DNA of 61,385 bases from Chiloscyllium plagiosum. Lineage: Eukaryota. Of this stretch, positions 1 to 14,630 are shown piece by piece. How positions within the stretch are numbered: position 1 is the first letter of the stretch; every line of letters starts with the position of its first letter. The notes under the pieces were generated by a model, which saw only the letters and a list, made by a program, of their open reading frames with translations, was not told the DNA's origin and did not search any database. Location: contig NC_057719.1 in NCBI RefSeq assembly GCF_004010195.1, positions 88,613,179 to 88,674,563 on the forward strand, in the 5' to 3' direction. The translations under genes and the position numbers were made by a program.

Positions 1-398
1 GTCAGAGGCTGATGGGTGACCTTATAGAGGTTTACAAAATTATGAGGGGCATGGATAGGATAAATAGGCAAAGTCTTTTCCCTGGGGTCGGGGAGTCCAG
101 AACTAGAGGGCATAGGTTTAGTTTGAGAGAGGGAAGATATAAAAGAGACCTAAGGGGCAACTTTTTCACGCAGAGGGTAGTACGTGCATGGAATGAGCTG
201 CCAGAGGAAGTGGTGGAGGCTGTTACAATTGCAACATTTAAGAGGCATTTGGATGGGTATATGAATAAGAAGGGTTTGGAGGGATATGGGCTGGGTGCTG
301 GCAGGTGGGACTAGATTGGGTTGGGATATCTGGTCGGCATGGACGGGTTGGACCGAAGGGTCTGTTTCCGTGCTGTACATCTCTATGACTCTATGACT
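1..398 (+). mobile_element. CR1 LINE 3' end, young subfamily
   Basis: GDLIEVYKIMRG...FFTQRVV..WNELP ORF2 C-terminus; tail ctctatgactctatgact. Confidence 0.93.
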
Positions 399-1008
399 TT
401 AAACTGGGCCAAGTGTTAATTATAATGTAGAGGTTGTTAAGAGCTTAGTGGTATCATAAACTTGAAGAGAGAGGAAATTCTGAGTGCTTTCTGTTGGAAA
501 AATGCAAACAGAAAATTGTTTCAGTCTCCATTCCTCCACAGCTACTTCAAATATTACTGGCCTATAGTGTAGCTCCATTCACATTCCCAGAATTATATTA
601 GTAAATGTTGGAGAATGGTAATTTTTGCATTTCACACACTTGTGAAATTTTAGTATGGGAATAAAAGTTAGGATTAGTAGTTGATGAGGATTAAATTCCC
701 AAACTTGGAAGCATGCCAGTTCTAACCTGCTAATTTCTGTTTTTTCTTTACACCCAGGCAGGATAACCAAAATCCAAGCATTTTAAAAACAATGAATTCC
801 CATGTTTGTAAGGGTTATGTTGTTTTTTGGTAAACCTCATCAGCAATGAACATATTTTGTTAACTGAATTGGTTCCAATCCTCCAAAAGAAAATGATACA
901 AACAGTAGATGATGAAAGGAATAAAAACAATGCTTTAATGCAAATGGAGATATCCTACTGGAAGAAAAAAGCTTGATAAAATAATTACATAAAATTTGGC
1001 ACACTTAC

Positions 1009-1197
1009 CATTATTCTGTTGGACAGTCTTCCAATATCATGATTGGAACAATGAACAACCAGATGCAAGCACTCCAGTAAATAACATGGCAGATGATCTT
1101 TGTTCAGTCCAATGCAGGAAATACAGAGCAATATGTCATCGTATTTTACATATCTTAGCTTTTTTGACATTTTCTCCAAGTATAGTTTTTCTCACCC
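1009..1197 (-). other. Candidate 189-nt exon, coding status unclear
   Basis: Acceptor gttttcag|GGG, donor ATG|gtaagt; phase 0 frame has TGA at codon 2 and is then open for 61 codons (track ORF 985..1179). Confidence 0.35.
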
Positions 1198-2968
1198 CTG
1201 AAAACGGTGGCTAAGCAAATACTGTACTCTCTGTGGGTGAAATGGTCTGCATAATAAGTTAAATTCATAACTGGTGACTGTGAATGATAGGACTTTACCA
1301 CCTAGTACGATTGTAAGCCTCAGGTTTAATTTGATATTTTAAACTTTAACTGCATTGGCCAAGGAGTTTGACAGCTACAGCAAGGCAAGGACAAACCCTG
1401 GAGCACTGCTTGTGGGCCAGAAGAGGCTGAAGTGCTTTTCCTGGAACTTCAAACTTCTTCGCAAACCAATGGGTATGTCTCTCCATTGGGTCAAGGTTTG
1501 GACCCTTCACTGTCCAGGGATATGACCCATCAGGTCCTGCTGCCTCTTTTGCAGATTTCCTGCTCGACTGAACCTAAACCTGTCAATCAGGTCCTGACCT
1601 CAGGACAGGGAACTTGTTAGTAATGTCACAAAGGCATTGTGAAGTTCAAATGCCATAACACACTAATAACTCCAAACTTGCAGATTTCTTTCTCGCCACA
1701 GTCAAGTCAACCAGTAAAACTGCTGCCCTCATTTCCACATCACTCTACTGCAGCTGATATGACATACAGCTATGTCACTTTACTCAATATGCCTCAATTT
1801 GAACTTCAGCACCTTTATCCAAATGATTGACACAGTTTCTGTCCAAATCAGCTTTGGGACTGAGCAATATTGGCAAGTCCGCAAACCTGTTTCACATAGG
1901 AATCCTTATTGGAAGTAAGGTTCTCACCCTATTGCTGTGGACTGAATCGGACATGGGTTAAAAAGTGAAAGCAGGCATCAAATCAAAGTGGTGCAGGCTC
2001 AATTCGTTGCAAGTTCACCTAAAATTTCACTAGCAAAAATAACTACATAAAAGACAGCACCGTTTTTTAACAACACAATTCAGGTAGTGACGCTTTTGAA
2101 GAACTATACAGAATAGTTTATTTCACTGGATACTTGTGATACATTTTTGACCACAGTGTTGTAGCATTAACATTCAGAAGATGAAACTGAGATTAAGATT
2201 TGGACGGTCAGCATAGTCTACTCTGAACACAGTGGGATTGGGAATTGAAAACTAAGCATGGGCTTTGGTTACTACTTCCCGAACACACAAAACAAACAAA
2301 AATACAGTTAGGCTTTGATCGTACAGAATAATGATCTTGAACTCAGCAATGAAAGTTTAGATTAATTCTCAAATTACATGGTTTTAGCTGATTACGAATG
2401 GTTTGTGTTGTTAGTGACCTGTATTACAGCCCTGGAAAACCAGACTAACATTAAGATAAAATAATAGAAATTTGAACACTGGAGATTCACCTGACAGCCT
2501 TATGCTACACTCCCTGTGGGATATATTTACAAAAACAATAATGTTTTATTTTAATATGTTAGCCATTTGTACAAAATCTTAATGGTTCAAGTTTCTATCG
2601 GAAGGTGATGTTAGCTGTGCTGATCATCTAGTTATTGCTGAAACATAAACACTTACTTCTAACGTGAATACAATTAAGGAAATATTTTCTGCTTGAATCA
2701 GGACTGTAATAATTCACAACTCTTCCTGAATAAGGAGCTATACGTATCAGTAATCCATAAAACCTTATTCAATACATTAGCCCAGATATCCCAATGTTCA
2801 GGTAGTCATAACGACAGCAGAGACTGGAGTTGTACATTGGGAACATGTGGAAATGTCCAGCATAGCTGACTTTGAAGGAATTGTCTGGCAAATTGAAAAT
2901 CCTAATGGCAATTCCCCTGCATCTAGAACACCCTGACCAAACCCCAAAAGAAGGAGATTTCAGAAGGC

Positions 2969-3004
2969 TTAATATTACTTAATATTAATATTAATATTAA
3001 TAAT
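2969..3004. repeat. AT-rich (TAATAT)n simple repeat
   Basis: ttaatattacttaatattaatattaatattaataat. Confidence 0.8.
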
Positions 3005-6000
3005 TATCCAGGAAACACTAGAGGGTTAAAAATCTATTCTATCTCTTGGGTACCTATTACGTTGAATCCCCAATCTCATTACTGACCTCTCCACCTTTGC
3101 CCCTATATCTCCATCACTCAACTTGACCCAAGGGACCCCCTCTCAGCCTCCAAACCCCACCTGACCTGGTTCCCCTCCCCTCACTAACCCAATCTCTTGA
3201 CTTAGCCTTCACACTTATCCATTACCTGGTAGCTCTCACATCCCTCATGTACCTTGCATTTCACACTCCTCATCACCAATCCCCTCAATAATGTGGTGCA
3301 CTATCTCCTCACAATTACCTTATGAACCTATCCTTTTACAAGAGCTGTCAAAGTGGCTGTTGTGCTGCTTGACACTTGCTTCCCAGAATGTAGCACATAG
3401 ATTACTGATAAAGAGGGAGTGGTTTCCATGACTATTCCCTCTGCTGCTGGCCGTAAATATTCCTGGACAGGCCTCCCATGTATCCAACACAAGGCTCCCA
3501 CCCAAGAATTTTCAGAGTAGAAGTCAGCAAAACGTAACTATGTGCATTTTTGTCTGAAATAGGGTTTCCAACCCAAATCAGAATTTCTGGGCTATTAGGT
3601 TGTTTGCTGAGGGGTCAGCTCCTCAAACACACCCAGAACTGACCCTGACAAACACCCATTTCACTCACGTCACTTTTGCAAAAATGTTTCACGTTATTAA
3701 CTATTTCACAAACTCAAAAGAGTTACATTTATTAAAACGGACCTAATGTCAGGAAAATACACACATTTTACAAGATGAATAATGTATTAAAATGGAAGAT
3801 TGGATAGATTATCGATAGCAATATCTCTTTCCCAATACTTACACTTTATAAATCCTCAATGAAACAACTTGAGACAGACGTCAGTGACAGTTTCACCAAT
3901 TTTCATACAGAAATACTCAACCTAATAATGAATGTTTTCATTTAAATAATTCTTGTTTTAAACTTCTCTCCATCACAGGACAAGTTCTGTAAATGAGCAA
4001 ATAATCTGTATCCAGACCTCGCCTAAGACATCTGGAAGGGAGACATCTAAGGAGGGAACTTTTTATTCTTTTTCCTTTCTCCCTGTCTGTGTTCAGTGCT
4101 CAGCTTCTGTTCTCCATCTTCTTAATGGCAAGAGTAACTGTGCACACAAATCTTCAATACATCATATGGGGCACTGCATCTCGATCAATGTAATGCTAAA
4201 GGTGTCTGCAGATTAAACTTAATTTAACATTTTATAAACAAGTTATTGAGCTTTATACGAAATTTTCAACAACTACAAGAAAAACTATCAGAGGCATGAT
4301 TAAAACAAGTCAATTTTGTTTTTAATAATTTCATTGAATTTTAAATCAGCTTTCAAAATAAACTATTCTAACTTTCAATCCAGTCTAAGATGGCCACAGA
4401 TATTAATTGCTTTAAATATATAAACTCCAAACCATGCTCTAGGCATGTACATCAGTAACCGTGGTTTCCATGGACTTACTTCATCTTAATTGTTGGTTAC
4501 ATGACATGAGTAACAAACTGTAAATATAAATAAAATAGCAAACACTACACACTACTGAAATGTGTAAACATAAAGTGTCTATTAACACACAACTATCCCG
4601 ATATTTCAGCCTGCTACTGAATCTAAAATCATTCTCTCTCTCCTACCTTCTCTCATGTAGGGGCTTCACTTCTGATCCAACCTTCAATACAGAACAGGGT
4701 CACTCAGATGAAATCCTGCTTTTGAAGAATGATAATTATAGATGAAAGCTGGAAATCCAGCATGATTGCAGTGCCTGGTTATCTTCGCCAACCTACTGTA
4801 TTCACACACAAGCTCACCTATTTATAAAAAAAACTGTGTTCTTCACTCATTAAGGCGAAGAACAAAATGCTGGGATTGCCAACGTTTTCAATTTCTAAAA
4901 TGACAAATCTTGTTTTTTGAAGTCTAATGCACAACTTGAGAGGTTACAAGTTGACATCAATGTAATTCTCCCAGAATTGAGAAATAGCTAAATCAGTTAA
5001 CCTGCTCCCTGTCTTATACAGATAATAGGTACCAGCATATTGAGAGCATGAGGGATTTCAGTCCTGGAAAACTCTGGTTAAAAGAGTTATTTCTTCCTTC
5101 AAGATTTAAATCTATGTGGCTTTGTACCAAAACATGCTGTGATGCCATCTGCCATTAATGATGTCAGTATATCCTACAAACAGACTGAACAAATGTAACC
5201 TGCAGGTTCATCATAATACTGCTGGTTATCATGACACGACTGAATAGATTGCATCAATGTATGTATTATTTCAGCTGAAAATTGTTTTCTTCCTCAAAAT
5301 GCAAATGAATGTAGACTTGGAAGAAGGATTTAAGAACGGAGGGTGGTGGGCTGTTAACTGAAAAGACAAGGCTGGAACAACACTCCGTATGATGTTGAGT
5401 TAGATATAATGGAGCAATCATATTTAGTGCAGCAATCCCCTTTAGACAGATTGCCTTGCCAGTGCATTATCAGCCCTCGTGTCTGAATACACTTCTCTCC
5501 TAATATGGAGTTATTGCATTTCCCAACACACACAAACACCTTCCTGTCTGAGCAGACGTGGCAAACGCACTAAATGTGGTACCAGGTTTTAACAGGGTCC
5601 TCTGGAAATTGGACCAAGACCAGTCTAAACTAATTTTACTGTGACCCTGTATTTATACTCTACCTGAAGAGAGTGTAAGTTAGCTTTCTCTATACTAGCT
5701 TTGTCATATCAATGCACATTAATGTTTTGTTCCGCATTTTCTGCCAGGGACTAAGTTACAACCTTCTAAACCAATCCTGTTAGCAAAGTATACATATAAC
5801 AACAATGCATACCACAATTCACAGCAATATTGTCCACAGGCATTTGTTGAAACCTGTATGTCCCTTAAAGAGGATAAAATTTTGAAAGCACGTGTTAAAC
5901 CAAGTGTCTTAAATTAAATTACATTTAGAGACCAGTTTTATTCTTAAACTGAATCCATCTATCAAACATTACCTATCCTGCAACCACCACACCATATGCA

Positions 6001-6499
6001 CATTCTCAAAATTCAAATAAAATTATATAGTAGAAATAAAGTGCTTAAATGTGCTGCAATTGCAACAAATAAAATTATAGCAAAGTAAAGTGAAATTAAT
6101 ATTGCATTGCTGCTTGGTAATTAGTAAACATACATGGCCTCAGTTATTATAAGGTTTCTGATTTTAAAATGTTATTTGAGCACTATGAAGCTTATAGCTT
6201 AGACACTGCAAGAGAGATACTGTCAATAAATTACTGATGTGAAGAGTGCACTCAAGAAGCAGAGAATCTTGATATTTTGATTATATAATACCATCGGTAT
6301 GGCAGTTACTTCATTTTTCTTCAATCTGGAAAAGAAAAGCACAGGCAAGCAACCATTAATTAGCAGGGTGTGCATCATAGAAAACTGAATTATTTCATCA
6401 GCAAATCATGAAATCAAATCACTCGCAAACTACTTCCCTGCAATAGTTTAAGCAACATATGACATCAGCAGGACGTAACCATTTTTTGGTGAGATGAGA

Positions 6500-7500
6500 G
6501 TGTGACACTGGCAAAGCCAGCAGTAGTTGTTCATCATATTACCCAAGAAAAGCTGGTGGTGAGCTTCCTTTTTAAACAATTGCAAATCATGTGGTGTAGG
6601 TGCACCCAAAGTGTTGCTCAGAAGGGATTCTGACTCAGCAATTGTGAATAAGTAGAGGTGCCTTGGAAAAAATTCTTTCAAGCCTGTTTTTTCTCGATTA
6701 GATTCCCAACAGTATGAAAACAGGCCCTTCGGCTCAACAAGTCCACACCTACCCTTCGTAGAGTAAACCACCCAGATCTATCCCCCTACCCTATATTTAC
6801 CCCTAACTAATGCATCTAATACTATGGGCAATTTAGCAAGGCCAATTCACCTGACCTGTACATTTTTGGACTGTGGGAGGAAACCGGAGCATCCAGAGAA
6901 AACCATGCAGACACAGTGAGAATGTGCAAACTCCACACAGCCAGTTGTCCGAGGCAGGAATCGAACCCATGTCCCTGGTGTTGTGAGGCAACAGTGCTGA
7001 CCACTGAGCCACTGTGCCACCCCCTGGCATCCACTGCCCCTGGCATTCTAGATGATAAAGGTTACAGGTTTGGAAGATGATGTTGAGGGATTCTTGGTGA
7101 ATTGTTGCAGTACATGTTGTAGATGGTACACATTCCTGCCACTCTGAGTCAGGGGTGGATGGATGCTGACCAAGTGGTTATATTGTCTTAGATGGTACTG
7201 AGCTTCCTGAGTGTTGTTGGAGTTGCCTGCAACTCATTCAGGCAAGTGAGATCTTTTATCACACCTTTAATTTGTGCCTTGTGGTGGATAGCACATAGGG
7301 CACAGAGAATGAGTTACAGAATGTAGAATTCTCCGCTTCTAACTCACTCTTTTAGTCATAGTATTTATATACCTTATCCAGTTGTTGCTAGTGACCCCCT
7401 AGGACATTGATGGTGGTGATTCAGCAATGTCCAGATTCTCTCTCATCCGTGGCGGTCATTCGCTGACATTTAGGTGGCGTGAATACTATTTGTTTACAGG
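6500..7500 (-). mobile_element. Old LINE 3' fragment (second CR1/L2-group family) interrupted by a SINE
   Basis: Reverse-complement similarity to the family at 37770-38640 and 45530-47295. Confidence 0.65.
6696..7024 (-). mobile_element. HE1-type SINE
   Basis: tRNA-like head gtggcacagtggctcagtgg...gggttcgattcc, V-SINE-like core tgtgtggagtttgcacattctc, tail gggaatctaatc. Confidence 0.92.
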
Positions 7501-7579
7501 TCCTGCCCTCCCAATTTAAAAGGTAGGGAGCATTCTTAGCAAAAAAGGTGTTTTGCTTTCATCAAAAATGTCTGGGAAC

Positions 7580-8035
7580 ATGTAAGAACATAAGAGATAG
7601 GAGCAGGAATGCCCTTCCAACCTGCTCTACTATTCATTCATGGTTAATTCCAGGTTTCAAATCAATTTCCTTCTGCTGCTCCTTTACGTGTGTCAGTATC
7701 ACAAACTCATATCTGTACTCCACCAACATTTATACGACTCGCACTAGACTCCCTCAATCCTTGTATGTCTTGAGTTCCTGAGAGACAAGCATATCTATCT
7801 ATCTCAGCCTTAAATATATTCAATAGTGGTGCATCCATAAGTGAAAGTAATCTCATTTAATTTTAAATGGTGGCCCCCATTATCTTGAGACTGTGTCCAT
7901 GTTCTAGATTTCTCAGCCAGAGGAAACAAAATTTGTGTGTCCACCCAGTCAAATCTCTTTGGAATCTTGCATGTTTCAAACAGATTACTTCTCATTCCTC
8001 TAAACGCTAGAGAATTTGCTCAATTTCTCATCAAA
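7580..8035 (-). mobile_element. Decayed CR1 3' fragment
   Basis: Minus-strand ORF NLFETCKI..RFDWVD..LFPLAEKSRT. Confidence 0.7.
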
Positions 8036-8037
8036 CT

Positions 8038-8535
8038 TGCCATGGAGGAAGGACAGCAGATGTTCACTAGGCTGCTACCAAGGACATCAGGACTGTCCTA
8101 TGAGAAGAGATTAGTTTGACTGAGCTGTATACACTAGAGTTTAGAAGGATGAGAGGGGATCTGTTTAAAACATTTAGAATTCTAACATGGCTGGACTGAC
8201 TAGATACAGGGGGGGATATTTCCCAGGGAGGGTTGGGGAGCTAAGAACCAGGGGTTACAGTGTCAGGATATGGGGTAGACTATTTAGGAGATGAGTGAGG
8301 AAAGACATCTTCACTCAGAAGGTAGTGAAGCTGTGGAATTTCTCTACCACAGAAGACTATGGAGACCAAATCACTTAGTAGATTCAAGAAAGAGATCTAG
8401 ATACATCATTAAATTTTAAAGGCATTAAGTGTATGGGGGGCAAAAATGGGAATATAGCATTGAGACAGAGGATTGGCCATGATCATATTGAATGGCCGAA
8501 GGGCCAAACAGCCCACTTCTGCTTCGAGCTTCAAT
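8038..8535 (+). mobile_element. Decayed CR1 3' fragment
   Basis: FTRLLP..GLSYEKRL motif followed by CR1-like 3' UTR. Confidence 0.8.
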
Positions 8536-9599
8536 GTGATACAAGTTAATCCTTCCTTAAATGAGACCAAAACTGATTACAGCCTTCTGCATTTGGTCTC
8601 ACCAAAGCGCCACTCAATTGCAGCAAGATTTCTTTATTCCTTATGTTTTATTCTTAGTGTAGGTAAAAATAGGCAATTCTTATAATAGGTCATGTTAGAA
8701 AATTACATTACATAATGGTTCTAAAACATAATTTAGATATTTAGAAAAGTATACTACCGATTCTGATGAAAGATGCATTAACTGTCTTCATAGATATGAT
8801 TAGACCTGCTGAGCATTTTCTGACTTCTTTCACATTTTTACAAACTTATATGTGTTTCTTTTTAAGATTACAATCAAACAAACAACTGAGAACTCTGGTT
8901 CTAACTGCCCCTTAATAAACAGTATAAATGTGCACATTTTGCAAGCCTTAAACACAGCAGTTGATACCTGGATTTATTCACCATTAATTGTTTTAAGTTA
9001 CTCTGCCTTATGAAATGCTAGTAACAAATCCACAAATCAACAATTGTTTCAAATGTAATAGAAGAGTAACTTCCAAAAGAATCCCCAGTTCTGGAATGTA
9101 ATCTGAAATTACGAAGGAAAGTAGTGGTTTTCAATTTCCATCAAGGAAACATTCACTTGACTGACAGAACATTACCGTTTTTTAAATTCCACTCAAGAGC
9201 AGGAGTTTGGTGGCCAGTTAGAAGTGGAAACTGAAAGAGAGTGGGTATATTATTTTGTAAGCCAACTGACATGTAGATCTGGTGATTCTGAGCAACCAAA
9301 TCTGTTAATGAGCTTATGCTCAGCTTGTTAAAGGCTAGTCTGCACTTCCAAGGGAAGCCATAGGATCTTCACTGGATCTGGAGCAGATCAAGCATGAGTA
9401 GAGAGCAACACGGCAAGTAAGTAGTCATGGTCATGTCATTCAAGGAGATGGGCCCATAAAAGACTGTACAGCTGAAAAAAGCACTCATCCATTGGCACAC
9501 GGTTAACATCAGTGAGCAGAGTTAGAGGAGCATGAGGTGTGTGTGCATTCAGGTCAGATGAGAGGGTTGTGTTCCTCCACAGATTGTGGAACAGTGGGA

Positions 9600-11940
9600 G
9601 GATCCCATGTCAGGAAGATAAGCTAATTCTCCAGCGATTTTAATGGCAGAACAGGGAGAGACACAAACCTCTAAAAAGGTATGATCGATAAGGAAGACAA
9701 ACAGTAAGGTAAACACAATGGAGTCCTCCTCCTGATGCAATGCCGAGAGCATAGCCTGGTCATAACAAACACACAATTTCACCAGAGACAAATACAAGAC
9801 CTTAGCAACAGTCCCGTTCCAGACATTGGTACCTTCTTGAACAGATCATCATCAGATTGAGGGAGTACAAGATAAACACACTACTTACACAATGACCAAA
9901 GTTGAACAACTGCTGGACCAACCACTGGGCAGCACAGTGGTTAACACTGCTGTCTCACAGAGCCAGATACCCAACTTTGATTCCATCCTCATTGGACTGT
10001 CTGTGTTGAGTTTGTACAATCTCCTGATGTCTGTGTGGATTTCCTCCGGGTGCTCCAGTTTCGTCTTACAGTCCAAAAGATGTGCATGTTAGGTGGATTG
10101 GCCATGCTAAATTGCCCATAGTGTCCAGGAATGTGCAGTCTAGGTGGATTAGCTATAGAAAATGCAAGGTTACAGGGATAGGGTAGAGGCGTTGGGTGTG
10201 GGTGGGATACTCTTTGGAGAGTTGGTATGTACTTGATGGTATGTACTGAATAGCCTGCTTCCACATTGTAAGGATTCTATGATCTCATAATCTGGTCTAG
10301 CATCAAGCTGGCCCAATAAACAGCAGCAGCATCAGAAACACTGCCTCAGGTAAATCAATCTCGATGGATTCACAATCTCTGGCTTGTGTACATGACCCTA
10401 TCTCTCTCATCTGGAAATAAAAGAGCATTCCAGGGGATCTCTAAGAAGCTGTAATTGTAACCATCTTCAAGAATGGAGACTTGATCAAATGTGATAACCA
10501 CAGAGGGGTATCCCTCCTGACCACCACAGGGAAGCTCATTGCAATACTTGACCTCAATCACCTCCTCCAGAGACTGAAGAGCTCCTCCTGGAACCACAAA
10601 CAATTCTATCCATCAAGAAGCACAGTGGACATGATCTTCACTGCGAAACAAGTGCAGAGAGAGCAGCAGCAATCTTTATACATGGCCTTCTTTGGTCTCA
10701 CATAGCCTGTTGACTCTGTTAACCAGGAGCCACTATGAACGTCCACATCAAACTTTGTGGTCCACAGAAACTCATCACTATCCTCTGGCACTTCACCACT
10801 GAATCTGTCACAGATCCAATAAGAGTGCAAACTGGGGACAAGTATCAATGCACCATCACACTAACTTTGTTATCCAACTTCCTAGCTGCACCACTTTGCC
10901 CCAAATCCATGGAGCTTGCCACTGGATTGAAGCTTCTCTACAAATAAGTGGAAAACTGTTCAACCTGAAATTTCCGAACCAAGACCACCTCAATCTCTGT
11001 TGTTGAGCTGCAGTATGCAGATGATTCCTGTTTGCAAGCTCGGATGCTAAGCTCCAAACCATCGTTGATACATACCCAGAGGCAAAGCAGAGAATGGGTT
11101 TTGAGATAAACATGTGCAAGACAAAGGTCTTCTTTCTGCCTGCTCCCATCACACAACACTGTTCCCTGACAGTAAGCCAGTGGACAATGTGGATTAATCC
11201 TCATATTCTGGCATTATTTACAGCGATGATAGATTTCAACAATGAAACTCAATATTGCCTCCAGTATACCAGCAGAACCACTAAAAGTCTCACAAAGACT
11301 TCAAACCCAACACCAACTCATGTTTTACAGGACAGTAGTATTATCAGCCCTCCCGTATGCATTGGAGATTTGGACAATGTATAGAATGAGAAATATCACT
11401 GGTTATGCCTTCACAAAATCCTACATATTCACTGGAAACCTGGGTTCTCCAATATCAGTGTCCTCTCTCAGGCCAACATCCCAAGCTTTGAAACAGGTTA
11501 TAATCAATCTGCTATGCTGGGTGAGCCACAATGCCTGATACAAAGTTCCCTAAACAAGCTCTCTTCCTTGAGCTTTGAACAGCAAGCAGTTAGCAGGATA
11601 GCAGAGAAAATGTTCCCAGCTCTTAAAGCTATCTTGGAAAGAATTCCATAACCTCAATGACTCATGAGAGTCTCTTGTCCAAGAGCACCTAAACTGGAGA
11701 AGGAGCATTTGTGAAGGTGTCAATCATTTTGAGCATCTCCCACAAACTCAAGTCGAGGCCACGTGCAAACATCATCAGGAAAATGAGAAAACCTGAGAAT
11801 CCCACCCATCCGCCTTTTCTAAGACCACCTGCCCCACTTCTAGTAGGGCATGTGGATACATCACTGGATTGTTTAGTTACATCAAGACCCACAATTCCAG
11901 AGTGGAAGAGTATCACCTCAATCCTGAGGACTATCTAAGA
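9600..11940 (+). mobile_element. Decayed RTE-clade LINE (AP endonuclease + RT), split by a SINE
   Basis: DFNGRTG and NGVLLLMQCREHSLVITNT (endonuclease); CDNHRGVSLLTTTGK, RSTVDMIF and ELQYADD (11011-11025) RT motifs; many stops and frameshifts. Confidence 0.82.
9926..10282 (+). mobile_element. HE1-type SINE (long variant) inserted in the RTE element
   Basis: gggcagcacagtggttaacactgctg head, conserved core, tail ggattctatga. Confidence 0.9.
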
Positions 11941-12045
11941 TGTATTTAATCAACAAATGTGGAAAAAAAAAGCAAAGCTAAACATTAGATTAGGATTTTT
12001 TGTCAATTGAAACAATTAGCTGGAAAAAAATTCTCTTAATCATAC

Positions 12046-12128
12046 CATCATCCCATTTATAGTATTGGTAATGTCTAGAATGGCAGCATCAGGTGAAAAC
12101 TTTGAGCTTGCTGAATCATCAGGCGTCC
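12046..12128 (-). CDS. Coding exon downstream of the large exon: (G)TPDDSASSKFSPDAAILDITNTINGMM
   Basis: Acceptor tttgtctttcttcag|GG, donor ATG|gtatga; 83 nt, phase 1 start matches the phase 1 end of exon 18224-19118, open frame. Confidence 0.7.
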
Positions 12129-13329
12129 CTGAAGAAAGACAAAGCTACATGTAAATACACAATAGACACATGTCTGAAGTCCTTTAAAAATAACCTGATG
12201 AATCCAATCAACCAATCACAACATTAGCAGAAAAAAACATGTCATGTGATCACCGAAGAATGAGTTCTCAATCAGTGGAAGAGGAATTTAAAAACATTCA
12301 CGAAATTCTGTTGATCGCTATGGGAGACATGGAGAAATAGAATAATTTATCCTCTCTCTGATGTTCCAATAATTATTGGCTGGTAGTTCAGATAGCAAAA
12401 ACAAAACACATTTAAAAAACATTTGAATATATTTTAGGTTATCCTTCTACTGCAATGTCTTCTGATTTAGAATTTATTTAAGCTACAAAATCGGAATAAA
12501 TAGATGTATAATTTCGTGGGCTTGCACCAGAAAATTATCGAGACAGAGAGTACAAAAGCAATGCATTACGGTGAATCTTTATACATCACTGGCCTGACAG
12601 CAGCTGGAATATTGGCTCAGATCTTCTAGTCTCCAGATAATTGAAAACTGAACATATGATCAGAGGTTGAAGTTGTGGCACACCAGGGAGAATGAACTCC
12701 CAATGGATAATTTCCTTGCTCCCCTTCAAAACTCTCTGATTGTGAGTTTGAGAAAGACAGTTTTGCATAGTTTTGACTCACTCCTACACTGAACCCTACA
12801 CACATCCCCCCCAACCCCTCAAAAACTGCTCCTTCACCCAATTCTCTTGACACCGCATTGACTATCATAATTTGATCTGAATACTTTCACCCACCTCTCC
12901 TGAACTGCTGATCAGATCCTGCCCCTCTCCTTTACAAGCATACACATTTGCATATTCTCACACAAATCTCACACACACTCATTCACTCAACTCCATACTC
13001 ATTCACTGACATACCAAAAAGTTGTTTAAATGTTCCAGAGCTTTTCAGTCTGATAATAAATGAATTTCCAGAATGCAGCGCCTAACATCATTAAAATGAG
13101 GCAAGGCTTGTTTACCCGTAATTGAGGAAGAAGCTCAATTTGAGGTGCATTCCAGATTTCTGAAGCAGACTGGATCAGGACTTCTGGCCAGAAATGTGGA
13201 ACTTGGTCATTACAGAAAAAGAGTATGAACAGGGCAGCAATCGTACAGTGTTGGTGCTCATTGGAAGAATTAAACTATTTCTTTGAAACAGGTTATAATC
13301 AATGCTATTTCAGCGTACACACCTTAAAT

Positions 13330-14205
13330 AGCATGTAAAGACACAGAACAATATAGCCCAAGCATGGGCCCTTTGGTCCATGGTGCTGAGCTGAACATGA
13401 CACTAAATTAAACTAATCCCTTCTGCATGCCAATGGTCCATATCCTCCATTCCTTGCATACTCATGGGCTTATCTAAAAGTTCCTTAAATGCCCCATGTC
13501 ATATCTGTCTCCATCACCATCCCTAAAAATGCTCCTCACATCTCCTTTGAACTTTCCCTTCTCACTTTAAGTGCATATTATAGATATCAACTCTGGGGAA
13601 AAGATTCTGACCATCAACCCTATCTGTGCATCTCATAATGTTACAGACTTCTATCAAGTCTCCTCTCAGCCTCAACCACTTCAGAGAAAACAACCCGAGT
13701 TTTTCGAGCCTCTCCTTATAGCTCAAACCCTCTAATCCAGACAGCATTCTTAAACCTTTTGTGCACCCTCTCCAACGTTTCCACATCCATTCCCGTAATG
13801 TGGCGACCAAAATTGAACACAAGACTTTAAGTGTAGCCTAACCAAAGTCTTATAAAGCTGCAACATGACATGCTGACTCTTGTACTCAATTCCCTGATCA
13901 TGAAAGACAAGCATGATGTACGTCTTCTTTTCCACCTGATCGACTTGCATGGCAACTTTCAGGAGTTATGGACTTGAACCCCAAGATCCCTCTGGACAAC
14001 AATGGTCCCGACATTAACTGTATGTGTTTCCTTAAAATTTGATCTTCCAAAATGCAGCACCTCACATTTACCTGGATTGATTTCTCTGCCCATATCTGTA
14101 ACTGATCCATATCCCACTGTATCCTTTGACAACCTTCTACACCATTCACAATTCCACCGATCTTCATATCATCTGCAAACTTACTAACCCACCATCTACA
14201 TTTTC
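13330..14205 (-). mobile_element. CR1 LINE 3' fragment
   Basis: Track ORFs KIGGIV..CQRIQWDMDQL, LQLYKTLVRLHL..CVQFWSP, LRGDLIEV. Confidence 0.9.
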
Positions 14206-14209
14206 ATGC

Positions 14210-14630
14210 AAGACATTGGGTATGAGCCAGTGAAGTTTTACAAGAATGATTCAAAGGATGAGAGATTTCAGTTGTTAGGATAGATTGGTGAAGCATGAAC
14301 TGTTGTGAGTTGACAGGAAATTTGATTATGATGTTCAGAACCATGAGAGGTTCAGACAAAGTAGATAAGGAGAAACTATTTCCATTGATGGAAGGGAAAC
14401 TGACAAAAGCAATAGCGTTACGTGGTTAACTTTACACAGCAAATAGTTAAGGTATGAAATGCAGCTCTTGAGAGGCAAGTTCAACCACAGCTTTCAAAAG
14501 GAAGATGGATAATTACCTGAAGACAAAAATATTATCAGAATTACTGGGTAATAGGCGGGGGTTGGGGCTAGCTGGGTTGGGCTGACAGATATAGGCACAG
14601 GCCAAATGCTGTTTTCTTTGATGTAACAAT
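14210..14630 (+). mobile_element. Old CR1 3' fragment
   Basis: Degenerate tttacaagaatgatt... ORF2 end and 3' UTR. Confidence 0.6.

Noticed and set aside
2657..9230. Other minus-strand exon-like segments (about 2657-2725, 4205, 4480-4517, 6292-6325, 9177-9230)
   Set aside because: Splice-like signals exist but give mutually exclusive short or stop-containing frames; cannot choose among them without transcripts.
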